NCBI GenBank assembly: GCA_900772575.1 | Contig: CAAHEN010000248.1 | Location: 3,346 to 67,345, forward strand | Direction of reading: 5' to 3' | DNA length: 64,000 nucleotides | Source: Bacteroidaceae bacterium | Lineage (GTDB): Bacteria > Bacteroidota > Bacteroidia > Bacteroidales > Bacteroidaceae | Part shown: positions 29,590 to 39,410 of the stretch, one piece after another | Layout of the letters: every line of letters begins with the position of its first letter | How positions within the stretch are numbered: position 1 is the stretch's first letter | Translations under genes and position numbers: made by a program | The notes under the pieces: generated by a model | The model's input: only the letters and a program-made list of their open reading frames with translations | Database searches by the model: none | What the model was told of the DNA's origin: nothing

Positions 29590-29746
29590 ATTGTCGCGCA
29601 AAGATCTGCGACGCCCAAGGAGAGTGCACAATCCTGCCACAAATTCGTCCTCACCAGCCGCAACCCATCGGCCTAAATTTTGTTCGTTCCAAAATAAAGC
29701 AGTAATTTTGCTCGCGGAAATCTCACACTATTTCAGATAATCAGTT

Positions 29747-31387
29747 ATGGAAAAAAGCGCATTACAGATCGCACGTGCGGCCTACCAGCCCAAGTTGCCC
29801 AAAGGCCTTCGCGGCAATGTAAGCATCAAGGAAGGAGCCCCCACCCAGAGCGTTGGTGATCAGGAAGCCATCAAGGCCCTTTTCCCCAACACGTATGGCA
29901 TGCCCCTTGTGGAATTTGTCCCCTCAGACGAGAAGAAAACCTACGCCCCGATCAACATCGGCGTGATCCTCTCTGGCGGTCAGGCCCCTGGCGGCCACAA
30001 CGTGATTTGCGGCCTCTACGATGAGCTCAAGAAGCAGAACGCGGCAAACAAGCTCTACGGCTTCCTGATGGGCCCCGGCGGCTTGGTTGACCACAAATAT
30101 ATCGAAATCACCGCAGCCGTGGTCGATGAGTACCGCAACACCGGCGGTTTCGACATGATCGGCTCCGGTCGCACGAAGCTCGAGAAGGAAGACCAGTTCG
30201 AGAGCGGCCTTAAGATTATCCGTGAGCTTGGCATCAAGGCCATCGTCATCATCGGTGGCGACGACTCCAACACGAACGCTTGCGTGCTGGCCGAATATTA
30301 CGCCGCCAAGAAATATGGCGTGCAGGTCATCGGCTGCCCCAAGACCATCGACGGCGACCTCAAGAACGAGCAGATCGAGACAAGCTTCGGCTTCGACACG
30401 GCCTGCAAGACCTACGCAGAGGTTATCGGCAACATACAGCGTGACGCCAACTCGGCCCGCAAGTATTGGCACTTCATCAAGCTCATGGGACGCTCTGCCA
30501 GTCACATCGCACTGGAATGCGCATTACAGTGCCAGCCCAACGTCTGCATCGTCAGCGAAGAGGTCGAAGAGAAGAACCAGACACTCGACGACATCGTCAC
30601 CTATATCGCCGAAATCGTGGCCAAGCGTGCCGCTGCCGGCAACAACTTTGGCACGGTGCTCATCCCTGAAGGCCTGATTGAGTTTATCCCCGCCATGAAG
30701 AAGCTGATCGCTGAGCTCAACGACCTGCTGGCTACGCCTGAAGCCGCACAAGTGGCCGCCGACGACCAGCGCGCTTGGATCCTCGGCAAGCTCTCGGCCA
30801 CCAATGCCGCCATCTATGAAAGCCTGCCCGAAGGCGTCGCCAAGCAGCTCACCATGGAGCGTGACCCGCATGGCAACGTGCAGGTATCGCTCATTGAGAC
30901 CGAGAAGCTGCTCTCAGAAATGGTCGGTAAGAAGCTACAGGCCTGGAAGGCCGAGGGCAAGTTTGTCGGCAAATTTTCCGCCCTGCACCATTTCTTCGGC
31001 TACGAAGGCCGCTGCGCCGCACCTTCCAACTATGACGCCGACTACTGCTATGCGCTCGGTACAAGCGCAGCCCAGCTCGTGGCCAACGGCAAGACCGGCT
31101 ACATGGCCATCGTCAGAAACACGACCGCTCCCGCTGAGAAATGGATTGCCGGCGGTGTGCCCATCACGATGATGATGAACATGGAGCGCCGCAATGGTGA
31201 GATGAAGCCCGTCATCCGCAAGGCACTCGTACGCCTCGACGGCGCTCCCTTCAAGGAGTTCGCCGCACACCGTGAGGACTGGGCCGAGCATACCCGCTTC
31301 GTCTATCCCGGTCCGATCCAGTACTTCGGCCCGACGGAAGTCTGCGACCAGTGCACCGTGACGCTGAAGCTCGAACAAGGCAAATAG
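29747..31387 (+). CDS. pfp: Pyrophosphate-dependent phosphofructokinase
   Basis: [17 protein letters not shown] (PPi-type Asp), PKTIDGD, MGRSASH, GYEGR; strongly biased codons. Confidence 0.96.
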   Translation: MEKSALQIARAAYQPKLPKGLRGNVSIKEGAPTQSVGDQEAIKALFPNTYGMPLVEFVPSDEKKTYAPINIGVILSGGQAPGGHNVICGLYDELKKQNAANKLYGFLMGPGGLVDHKYIEITAAVVDEYRNTGGFDMIGSGRTKLEKEDQFESGLKIIRELGIKAIVIIGGDDSNTNACVLAEYYAAKKYGVQVIGCPKTIDGDLKNEQIETSFGFDTACKTYAEVIGNIQRDANSARKYWHFIKLMGRSASHIALECALQCQPNVCIVSEEVEEKNQTLDDIVTYIAEIVAKRAAAGNNFGTVLIPEGLIEFIPAMKKLIAELNDLLATPEAAQVAADDQRAWILGKLSATNAAIYESLPEGVAKQLTMERDPHGNVQVSLIETEKLLSEMVGKKLQAWKAEGKFVGKFSALHHFFGYEGRCAAPSNYDADYCYALGTSAAQLVANGKTGYMAIVRNTTAPAEKWIAGGVPITMMMNMERRNGEMKPVIRKALVRLDGAPFKEFAAHREDWAEHTRFVYPGPIQYFGPTEVCDQCTVTLKLEQGK

Positions 31388-31435
31388 GCTCAGGCGTTCC
31401 GGTACCCAGAACACCGTAACCATATATAAAGGTAT

Positions 31436-31497
31436 AGAATTGGAATCAGGCGTATTTCATCGAAGAGGTGGAATGGGCCTATTCCAATTCTTCTTTT
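31436..31497 (+). terminator. Terminator after pfp
   Basis: AGAATTGGAAT-C-AGGC...GCCT-ATTCCAATTCT followed by TCTTTT. Confidence 0.65.
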
Positions 31498-31504
31498 ACA
31501 CAAG

Positions 31505-32341
31505 ATGAAAAAAAGAAGAACGCACCGCACTTCCCGTTCGCTACTCCGCCGGCTCTACGACAGCATTGTCAGCAAAGTCGACGCACATGCCCTGTGGACA
31601 GGTGCGCTCTTGCTCTTCGGGGCCTACGTGCTCTTCTTCTACATCTATTTCATATCCCCCTACACCAGCAGCTGGCGCGGCATCTACGACGACGCCCGCT
31701 ACCCGTCTGGCTTCACCATTCGCGGCATCGACGTCAGCCATCACCAAGGAAAAATCAACTGGAGCGACGTTCGCCATGCGGAGATCGGGAATGAGCCAGT
31801 AAGCTTCGTTTTCATCAAAGCCACGGAAGGGGCGGATTTGATCGATGAGGCCTTCGACCGCAACTTCCGGGAAGCGCAGACCAACGGTCTGATACGCGGC
31901 GCATACCATTACTTCCAGCCAGGCACGTCGGCACATGCGCAAGCAGACCATTTCATCAGAAGGGTGAGACTGGAGGTCGGCGACCTGCCTCCAGTGCTGG
32001 ATCTAGAGACCACGGGAAAACTCAGTGCCCCAGCCCTACGCGACTCGGCCCTCGTCTGGCTGCGTCTGATGGAACGCCACTATGGTGTGAAACCGATCCT
32101 CTACACTTACCATAACTTCAAAACAGAGTTTCTCAATACACCGGCCTTTGACGACTATCCTTACTGGATTGCCCACTACTACGTCGACACGCTCCGCTAT
32201 GAAGGGAAGTGGAAGTTCTGGCAACACACCGACCGCGGCAAGATAGACGGCATCAAGGGCTACGTAGATATCAATTGCTACAATGGTTCAATGTACGACC
32301 TGCAACAGCTGACCATCGCCGAACACACAGACGACGACTGA
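31505..32341 (+). CDS. GH25 lysozyme/muramidase with N-terminal membrane anchor
   Basis: GIDVSHHQG.I.W, FIKATEG, GAYHYF, PPVLDLE, WIAHY, FWQHTD, VDIN. Confidence 0.92.
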   Translation: MKKRRTHRTSRSLLRRLYDSIVSKVDAHALWTGALLLFGAYVLFFYIYFISPYTSSWRGIYDDARYPSGFTIRGIDVSHHQGKINWSDVRHAEIGNEPVSFVFIKATEGADLIDEAFDRNFREAQTNGLIRGAYHYFQPGTSAHAQADHFIRRVRLEVGDLPPVLDLETTGKLSAPALRDSALVWLRLMERHYGVKPILYTYHNFKTEFLNTPAFDDYPYWIAHYYVDTLRYEGKWKFWQHTDRGKIDGIKGYVDINCYNGSMYDLQQLTIAEHTDDD

Positions 32342-32515
32342 GCGCCCCCCACTGCCACTGGCACTGGTGTAATCGCCACAACGCCACAATGCAAGTCCCA
32401 TTCACCGGACTTAGGCAGCTGGCCAACGGCCCCGCTCCAAAAGGATTTCTCAACCATTTATGCGGCTCTCCCAAGGATTTACGCTATCTTTGCAGGCGGA
32501 AATTCGAATTTATTC

Positions 32516-33766
32516 ATGAAACATGCTCTCACACTACTGATGCTGATGCTTGCCATCTTGGCATTGTCCGCACAGCAATCGCCGGCGCAACGCGTCGACA
32601 ATGGGCATGATTCTCTGGAAATCAGCCTGCTGACCTGTTCTCCAGGAACAGACGTCTATGAGCTCTACGGACATACTGCCATCAGGGTCAAGGACTTCAA
32701 GAGGCAACAGGACTGGGTATTCAACTATGGTGTGTTCGATTTCAGTACGCCCCACTTCGCTTGGCGCTTCATGCTCGGGCAGACAGACTATATTCTTAAC
32801 GCTGTGCCCTATGAGCATTTCGTAACGGCTTATGCCCACAACGGGAGGTGGGTCGATGAACAGGTTATTAACCTGACCCCTGACGAGGCCGGGGCCATTT
32901 TCGCTGAGCTCGACTCCATCATCAGCATTCCCGGCTGGTCATATCGTTACAATTTCCTCTATGACAATTGTACGACACGTGCAGTGGCGACCATTACCAA
33001 CCATGTCAAAGGCCATATTATCTGGCCAGTGGCAGACGGTCACAAAAGCTTTCGCGACATCATCCACCAATATGCCGAGAACGCGTCGCCTTGGAACTGC
33101 TTCGGACAAGATTTGATACTCGGTGTCGAGGTAGACCAGCCCATCGGCAGAGCACAGCAGATGTTCGCTCCTCTCTATGCCGAGCGATTCTTTGCCCAGG
33201 CCTACATAAACGGGAACGACGGCTCCCGGTGCCCACTCGTCAAAGCCACGACGAAGACGGCACCGACGACAAAGTTGACAGTAACGACCGTCCCACAGAA
33301 CAGCCACTTTCCCCTCTCACCAACCATATCCGCCATATTGCTTCTCGTCGCAGTCACGCTGTTCAGTCTCTGGGCGCGAAAGCAAAAGCGCACACTATGC
33401 TGGCTCGACGATGTGCTCCTGCTCCTGCAAGGCGCCGCCGGCTGCATCGTAGGGATTTTGTTTTTCTTTTCCGAGCATCCGGCTGTGGGCAGCAACTGGC
33501 TGATATTTTTCCTCAATCCCTTGCCACTGATATACCTGCCATATAAGGTCTGGCGCAACAGGCATGGGCTCAACGATTTTTACCGTCCCCTGCTGACTGT
33601 AGAATTAATTGTGCTTGCAGGCGTTTTCGCCATCAGCCAACAACATTTCCCAGTTGAGGTATACATTTTGGCATTAGTTTTGCTGATAAGGTGCATTCTC
33701 GTCGTACCGTCGGCCAGAAATCACAGACAGCCCAACATATTGAATTCACAAGATGACAAGATATAA
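32516..33766 (+). CDS. DUF4105 membrane protein (Lnb-like lipoprotein N-acyltransferase)
   Basis: SLLTCSPG...YELYGHTAIR, FNYGVFDF, YRYNFLYDNCTT (His/Cys dyad); about 5 C-terminal TM helices. Confidence 0.8.
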   Translation: MKHALTLLMLMLAILALSAQQSPAQRVDNGHDSLEISLLTCSPGTDVYELYGHTAIRVKDFKRQQDWVFNYGVFDFSTPHFAWRFMLGQTDYILNAVPYEHFVTAYAHNGRWVDEQVINLTPDEAGAIFAELDSIISIPGWSYRYNFLYDNCTTRAVATITNHVKGHIIWPVADGHKSFRDIIHQYAENASPWNCFGQDLILGVEVDQPIGRAQQMFAPLYAERFFAQAYINGNDGSRCPLVKATTKTAPTTKLTVTTVPQNSHFPLSPTISAILLLVAVTLFSLWARKQKRTLCWLDDVLLLLQGAAGCIVGILFFFSEHPAVGSNWLIFFLNPLPLIYLPYKVWRNRHGLNDFYRPLLTVELIVLAGVFAISQQHFPVEVYILALVLLIRCILVVPSARNHRQPNILNSQDDKI

Positions 33767-35387
33767 GAAACAACCATCGCCCTCTGGCGGTAACGAGTTC
33801 CACAGCCGCCGCCTGCTGCTGTCGTTGCTGGCGATGATGACAGTGCTCTCACAGACCGAGCTGCGCGCCGCCGACCAGGCGCCGAACGGTGTGCCGCGCA
33901 TCGTCATCAGCATCTTGGTAGACCAGCTCCGCGCTGACTATCTGGAAGCCTTCATGCCCCTCTATGGCAACGATGGATTCAAGCGTCTGCTGGCCGACGG
34001 CCGAGTCTACACACAGGCTGACTACCCCATGTCACGTCCTGACTGCGCCTCAGCTGCCTCCACGTTGTCTACGGGCACGGCACCGGCCAGCCACGGCATC
34101 ATTGCCCGCCGCTGGCTCGACCGTGCCACACTGCGTCCGATCATCTGTGTCGATGACAACCGTTTCCAAGGTACAGGCGGCACGAGTGACAAGTCAGCGC
34201 CGACCTATCTGGGCGTCACGACCATCGGCGATGAGCTCAAAGTGGCCAGTGAGGGCAAGTCGCTGGTTTACGCCATTGCCCCCTTCCGTGAGGCTGCGAT
34301 ACTCAGTGCCGGGCATGCTGCTGACGGCGCTGTCTGGATAGATAACCAGACAGGGCAATGGTGCTCCACATCATACTATGGCAGCCTCCCTACATGGGCT
34401 GCCGTACGTACCAGTTTCAATGGCCTTGCCGACCAGCTGAAAGACTTGGTGTGGAAGCCCACATCTGAGTTGGTCGGCAACTTCAGCTATTTCCTCTCCG
34501 GTGGAATGAGGGCGCCTTTCAGCCATAAATTCAAGGGAGCTGACCGTTTTGCCGATTTCAAGACCAGTGGACTTGTCAACAATGAAGTTGTCGCCACCGC
34601 CGCAGCCTGTCTGGATGGCTCGCTCATCGGGGCGGATGCCATCACCGACCATCTGGCCGTGACGCTCTATGCCGGTAACTATGAGCACCGCAATGACGCA
34701 GGAACTGCAATGGAACTTCAGGATACCTATGTCCGTTTGGATCAAGCCATTGCTGACCTCATTGCCGCAGTAGACCGCAAAGTCGGCATCAACAATGCCC
34801 TCTTTGTCCTCACCTCAACAGGCTACACCGACGAGACCAACACGGATCTCTCCAAGTACCGCATTCCCACCGGCACGTTCGACGTTGCCAAGGCCGCCGC
34901 CTTGCTCAACATGTACCTCGTTGCCGTCTATGGACAAGGCACCTACGTCGAGGCTACACTTGGTACCCAGTTTTACCTCAACCACAAGCTCATCGAGACG
35001 AAGCAACTCAATCTTGCCGAGGTTCTCGAACGCACGCAAGATTTTCTGATGCAACTTGGAGGCGTCAAAGATGTCTACACGTCGCACCGCCTGCTCATGG
35101 GCACGTGGACGCCCGGGCTCAGCCGTATCAGAGGCGGATACAACCCCTTGTACTCCGGTGATGTCATGGTCGAAGTAGCCCCCGGCTGGCACTACGTCAA
35201 CAACAACACACACGAGGATCAGCTTGTCAGAGAGTCCTATATTTCCTACCCCATCATATTCTTTGGTGCTGGCGTCAGCGCCGAAAAAATCGAGACGCCG
35301 GTAACCGTCGACCGTATAGCCCCCACATTGTCGAAGGCTATGCGCATCCGGGCACCCAATGCTTGCAATGTCGCCCCTCTGTTCTGA
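33753..35387 (+). CDS. Alkaline phosphatase superfamily (PafA-like) protein with degenerate active site
   Basis: VDQLRADYL, GFKRLL..G, TTIGDELK, AAILSAGH, DTYVRLD, IAPTL; metal-ligand motifs altered. Confidence 0.85.
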   Translation: MTRYKKQPSPSGGNEFHSRRLLLSLLAMMTVLSQTELRAADQAPNGVPRIVISILVDQLRADYLEAFMPLYGNDGFKRLLADGRVYTQADYPMSRPDCASAASTLSTGTAPASHGIIARRWLDRATLRPIICVDDNRFQGTGGTSDKSAPTYLGVTTIGDELKVASEGKSLVYAIAPFREAAILSAGHAADGAVWIDNQTGQWCSTSYYGSLPTWAAVRTSFNGLADQLKDLVWKPTSELVGNFSYFLSGGMRAPFSHKFKGADRFADFKTSGLVNNEVVATAAACLDGSLIGADAITDHLAVTLYAGNYEHRNDAGTAMELQDTYVRLDQAIADLIAAVDRKVGINNALFVLTSTGYTDETNTDLSKYRIPTGTFDVAKAAALLNMYLVAVYGQGTYVEATLGTQFYLNHKLIETKQLNLAEVLERTQDFLMQLGGVKDVYTSHRLLMGTWTPGLSRIRGGYNPLYSGDVMVEVAPGWHYVNNNTHEDQLVRESYISYPIIFFGAGVSAEKIETPVTVDRIAPTLSKAMRIRAPNACNVAPLF

Positions 35388-35484
35388 CGGCCAAGCCACA
35401 GAGAGGGACATGAAGCTCACCTAGAGTGGCTTCCACCTCCATCATTTCCCCCATATCACAACCCAACAAGCAAAACAAGCAACA

Positions 35485-38400
35485 ATGAATATAAATGATT
35501 TTCTGAGCAAACTCTTAGGTGGCAACAAGGCCACACGTGACCGCAAGCTCATCCAACCTATTGTCGACAAGGTGATCGCCGCCTACCCTGCCATTCAGCA
35601 ACTCTCGAACGACGAACTCCGCGCCAAGACGAAAGAACTGCAAAACAAAGTGCAGCACTCGGCTGACGACCTGCAGGAGAAAATCACTGCCCTCAAGGCT
35701 AAAATCGAAGAGACACCGATAGAAGACCGTGTCGTCATCTTCAACCAGATAGACAAATTGGAAAAAGACGTGCTCGACCGCTTTGAGACCGCACTCAACG
35801 AGGTCCTGCCCGAGGCTTTTGCCATCGTGAAAGACACGGCCCGTCGCTTCACCGAAAACGAAGAAATTGAAGTCACAGCCACCGATTTCGACCGTGAGCT
35901 TGCCACAACCCACGACTTCGTGCGCATCGATGGCGACAAAGCCATATACCAGAACCACTGGGTAGCCGGCGGTAACGACACAAAATGGAACATGATTCAC
36001 TACGACGTGCAGTTGTTCGGTGGCGTTGTGCTCCACCAAGGCAAGATTGCTGAGATGGCCACAGGTGAAGGCAAGACGCTCGTAGCCACCCTGCCCGTAT
36101 ATCTCAACGCTTTGACGGGGAATGGCGTACACGTGGTGACGGTCAACGACTATCTGGCCAAGCGTGACTCCGAATGGATGGGGCCGCTCTACATGTTCCA
36201 TGGCCTCTCCGTTGACTGTATCGACAAGCATCAGCCCAACTCCGAGGCACGCCGTCGCGCTTACCAAGCCGACATCACTTTTGGTACTAACAATGAGTTT
36301 GGCTTCGACTACCTGCGCGACAATATGGCCATGAGCCCAAAGGATCTCGTGCAACGCAAGCACAACTATGCCATTGTCGATGAGGTCGACTCTGTATTGA
36401 TTGACGATGCCCGTACACCGCTTATCATCTCAGGCCCGGTGCCTAAGGGAGACGACCAGCTCTTCGAACAATACCAGCCACTTGTCGAGCGTCTTGTCGA
36501 AGTGCAGCGCAAACTCGCGACAAAATACCTCGCAGAAGCCAAGCAGCTCATCGGATCAGGTGACAAGAAGAAAGAAGAAGAGGGTTTCCTGCAGCTCTTC
36601 CGCAGCCACAAGGCACTTCCCAAGAACAATCCACTGATCAAATATCTCTCTGAGACCGGTATCAAAGCCGGTATGCTCAAGACCGAAGAGGTCTATATGG
36701 AGAATAACAACCGCCGCATGCCCGAGGCCACAGACCCGCTCTACTTCGTCGTCGATGAGAAAATGCGCTCCTGCGATCTCACAGACAAGGGTAACAAGTG
36801 GTTGGCCGACCAAGTACACGACGACCAGCTCTTCGTGCTTCCAGACATCACGACAGAGCTCTCAGCCCTCGAAGCCGACAAGACACTCAGCGACGAAGAG
36901 CGCCTGCAGCGCAAAGACCAGTTGCTTGCAGACTACTCAGTCAAAAGCGAACGTGTCCATACCATCCTGCAACTGCTCAAGGCATACACCATGTTCCGCA
37001 ACAATGAGGAATATGTTGTCCTCGACGGCCAAGTGAAAATCGTCGATGAACAGACGGGACGCATCATGGAGGGACGGCGCTGGAGCGACGGCCTGCACCA
37101 AGCGGTTGAGGCCAAAGAGCATGTCAAGGTTGAAGCCGCCACACAGACATTCGCCACCATCACACTGCAGAACTACTTCCGCATGTATCACAAGCTCTCA
37201 GGTATGACCGGTACAGCTGTCACTGAGGCTGGTGAGTTTTGGAATATCTACAAACTGGATGTCGTCGAGATTCCGACCAACCGGCCGGTACTGCGCGATG
37301 ATATGAATGACCGCGTCTATAAGACCAAACGTGAAAAGTATGCCGCTGTCATTGCAGAGATTGAGAAGATGCGCCTTGCCGGTCGCCCGGTTCTTGTCGG
37401 CACAACAAGCGTTGACGTCAGCGAATTGCTGAGCCGTATGCTCGATCTGCGCCACATTCCGCACCAAGTATTGAACGCCAAGCTCCACCAGAAGGAAGCG
37501 GACATCGTAGCCCGCGCCGGACAGAGCACGCTAGGCAAGGTCACCATCACGGACGAGAATGGCAACAGCCATGAAGAGGAACGCCTGCTCGGTGCCGTCA
37601 CCATCGCTACAAACATGGCCGGCCGCGGTACCGATATCAAACTGACCCCTGAAGTCAAAGAAGCCGGCGGTTTGGCCATCATCGGCACAGAGCGCCATGA
37701 GAGCCGCCGTGTAGACCGCCAGCTCCGTGGCCGTGCTGGACGTCAGGGCGATCCGGGTTCCAGCGTTTTCTTCGTGTCTCTCGAGGACAACCTGATGCGC
37801 CTTTTCGCCTCAGAACGCATTGCCCGAATCATGGACCGACTTGGATTTAAGGACGGTGACATGATTGAGGCCAAGATGATCAACAACAGCATCGAGCGCG
37901 CACAAAAGAAGGTCGAGGAAAACAACTTCGGCATTCGCAAGCGCCTGCTTGAATATGACGATGTCATGAATAAGCAGCGTACAGTCATCTATGAGAAGCG
38001 CCGCCACGCACTCATGGGCGAACGCATCGGCATGGACATCTCCAACATGATTTGGGATCGTGTCATCAACATCAATGACAATGATGACTACGAAGACATC
38101 AAAGCCAAATATGTCGAAGTGATGGCCATGGAGTGCCCCTTCACAGAGGAGGAGTACAATACCAGCAAACGTGACGCACTCGACGAAAAAGCCTTCCAGG
38201 CCGCAATGGACAACTTCCGCCGCAAGAATGACCGGTTGGCAGAAGTGGCCATGCCGGTCATCACAAAGGTGTATGAGGAGCAGAGCCAAATGTACGAAAA
38301 CATCCTCGTGCCCATCACTGACGGCCGACTTGTCTACAACATACGTACCAACCTCAAAGAGGCTTACGAGACTGGCAGCAAAGCCGTTGTCCGCGATTTT

Positions 38401-38847
38401 GAAAAGGCCATCCTGCTCCACAACATTGATGACGCCTGGAAAGAGAATCTGCGTGAGCTTGATGAATTAAAGAAATCTGTCCAAAACGCCAGCTACGAAC
38501 AGAAGGATCCGCTTCTCATCTTCAAACTTGAGAGCGCCGAACTCTTCACCAAGATGGTGGATCGCATCAACAACAGTACGGTCTCAACCCTCATGCGTGG
38601 CCAGATTCCCGTTCAGGGGCCTGAAGAGGTACAGGAAGCAGCCGCTGACGAAGATCCTGCGCAACAGCAGTACACCGAGAGCCACGAAACGCTCGATGAG
38701 GACGGCAAAGCTGAAGCAGCAGCTCAGGACACACGCGAGACTTCACAGCAGCCAATTGTCAAAGAAAAGACACCGGGACGCAATGACCTCTGTCCCTGTG
38801 GCAGTGGCAAGAAGTTCAAGAACTGTCACGGCAAGGGTCTGGTATAA
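35485..38847 (+). CDS. secA: Preprotein translocase SecA
   Basis: [55 protein letters not shown]-terminal [19 protein letters not shown]. Confidence 0.98.
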   Translation: MNINDFLSKLLGGNKATRDRKLIQPIVDKVIAAYPAIQQLSNDELRAKTKELQNKVQHSADDLQEKITALKAKIEETPIEDRVVIFNQIDKLEKDVLDRFETALNEVLPEAFAIVKDTARRFTENEEIEVTATDFDRELATTHDFVRIDGDKAIYQNHWVAGGNDTKWNMIHYDVQLFGGVVLHQGKIAEMATGEGKTLVATLPVYLNALTGNGVHVVTVNDYLAKRDSEWMGPLYMFHGLSVDCIDKHQPNSEARRRAYQADITFGTNNEFGFDYLRDNMAMSPKDLVQRKHNYAIVDEVDSVLIDDARTPLIISGPVPKGDDQLFEQYQPLVERLVEVQRKLATKYLAEAKQLIGSGDKKKEEEGFLQLFRSHKALPKNNPLIKYLSETGIKAGMLKTEEVYMENNNRRMPEATDPLYFVVDEKMRSCDLTDKGNKWLADQVHDDQLFVLPDITTELSALEADKTLSDEERLQRKDQLLADYSVKSERVHTILQLLKAYTMFRNNEEYVVLDGQVKIVDEQTGRIMEGRRWSDGLHQAVEAKEHVKVEAATQTFATITLQNYFRMYHKLSGMTGTAVTEAGEFWNIYKLDVVEIPTNRPVLRDDMNDRVYKTKREKYAAVIAEIEKMRLAGRPVLVGTTSVDVSELLSRMLDLRHIPHQVLNAKLHQKEADIVARAGQSTLGKVTITDENGNSHEEERLLGAVTIATNMAGRGTDIKLTPEVKEAGGLAIIGTERHESRRVDRQLRGRAGRQGDPGSSVFFVSLEDNLMRLFASERIARIMDRLGFKDGDMIEAKMINNSIERAQKKVEENNFGIRKRLLEYDDVMNKQRTVIYEKRRHALMGERIGMDISNMIWDRVININDNDDYEDIKAKYVEVMAMECPFTEEEYNTSKRDALDEKAFQAAMDNFRRKNDRLAEVAMPVITKVYEEQSQMYENILVPITDGRLVYNIRTNLKEAYETGSKAVVRDFEKAILLHNIDDAWKENLRELDELKKSVQNASYEQKDPLLIFKLESAELFTKMVDRINNSTVSTLMRGQIPVQGPEEVQEAAADEDPAQQQYTESHETLDEDGKAEAAAQDTRETSQQPIVKEKTPGRNDLCPCGSGKKFKNCHGKGLV

Positions 38848-39039
38848 GCAAAGGCAGGCGTCAGCAAACATTTGCTACATAGAAGTCCGTGAGACAAGTC
38901 CCCGCTCTAAGGATTGAAGTTGGGTGTCCTATGCGGCCAATGTGAACCTGCCACGACTGTCCCCCTGAGGGGTATCTTTATGGCCGAAATATCCATACGG
39001 CCATAGACGAATAATTTGTCCATCATCCATAACACAGAT

Positions 39040-39079
39040 ATGGCTGGAGCGTAGCACATTGACGCTCCAGCCATTCTTT
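39040..39079 (+). terminator. Probable secA terminator
   Basis: Perfect 13-bp inverted repeat ATGGCTGGAGCGT / ACGCTCCAGCCAT followed by TCTTT. Confidence 0.6.
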
Positions 39080-39410
39080 ATCCATACATCGTTCAAATCA
39101 ATCATACGCAATACATACAGGGGATGCAGCAGAACACTATAGGGATAGCGCTTCCCCTGACGTATGGCTGACAATCTGGCGTCTCTGGAGAAATTACCAT
39201 CCGATCAACTGCCAAAACGGCGGGAAAGGTTATCAAGCGTTATCACCCACGCCATGGCAGTGATTTTGCGATAGGAAAGATGTCGCTGCGGCGCTACTAG
39301 CTACGCCACAATGACGGCCAAGCAAAGCATGACACTCCAAAACGGCATGCAATACTTGAGCGAGAAACAAAACAGAAACCAATACAAGAACAGATAAGGA
39401 ATATACTATT

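Noticed and set aside
31505..32341. Prophage endolysin
   Set aside because: Membrane-anchored GH25 among core genes; no holin or phage structural genes.
38929..39174. 81-aa minus-strand ORF ending FTLAA, like an ssrA tag
   Set aside because: No tmRNA tRNA-like ends seen, TTG start, crosses the terminator hairpin; the LAA ending is probably chance.
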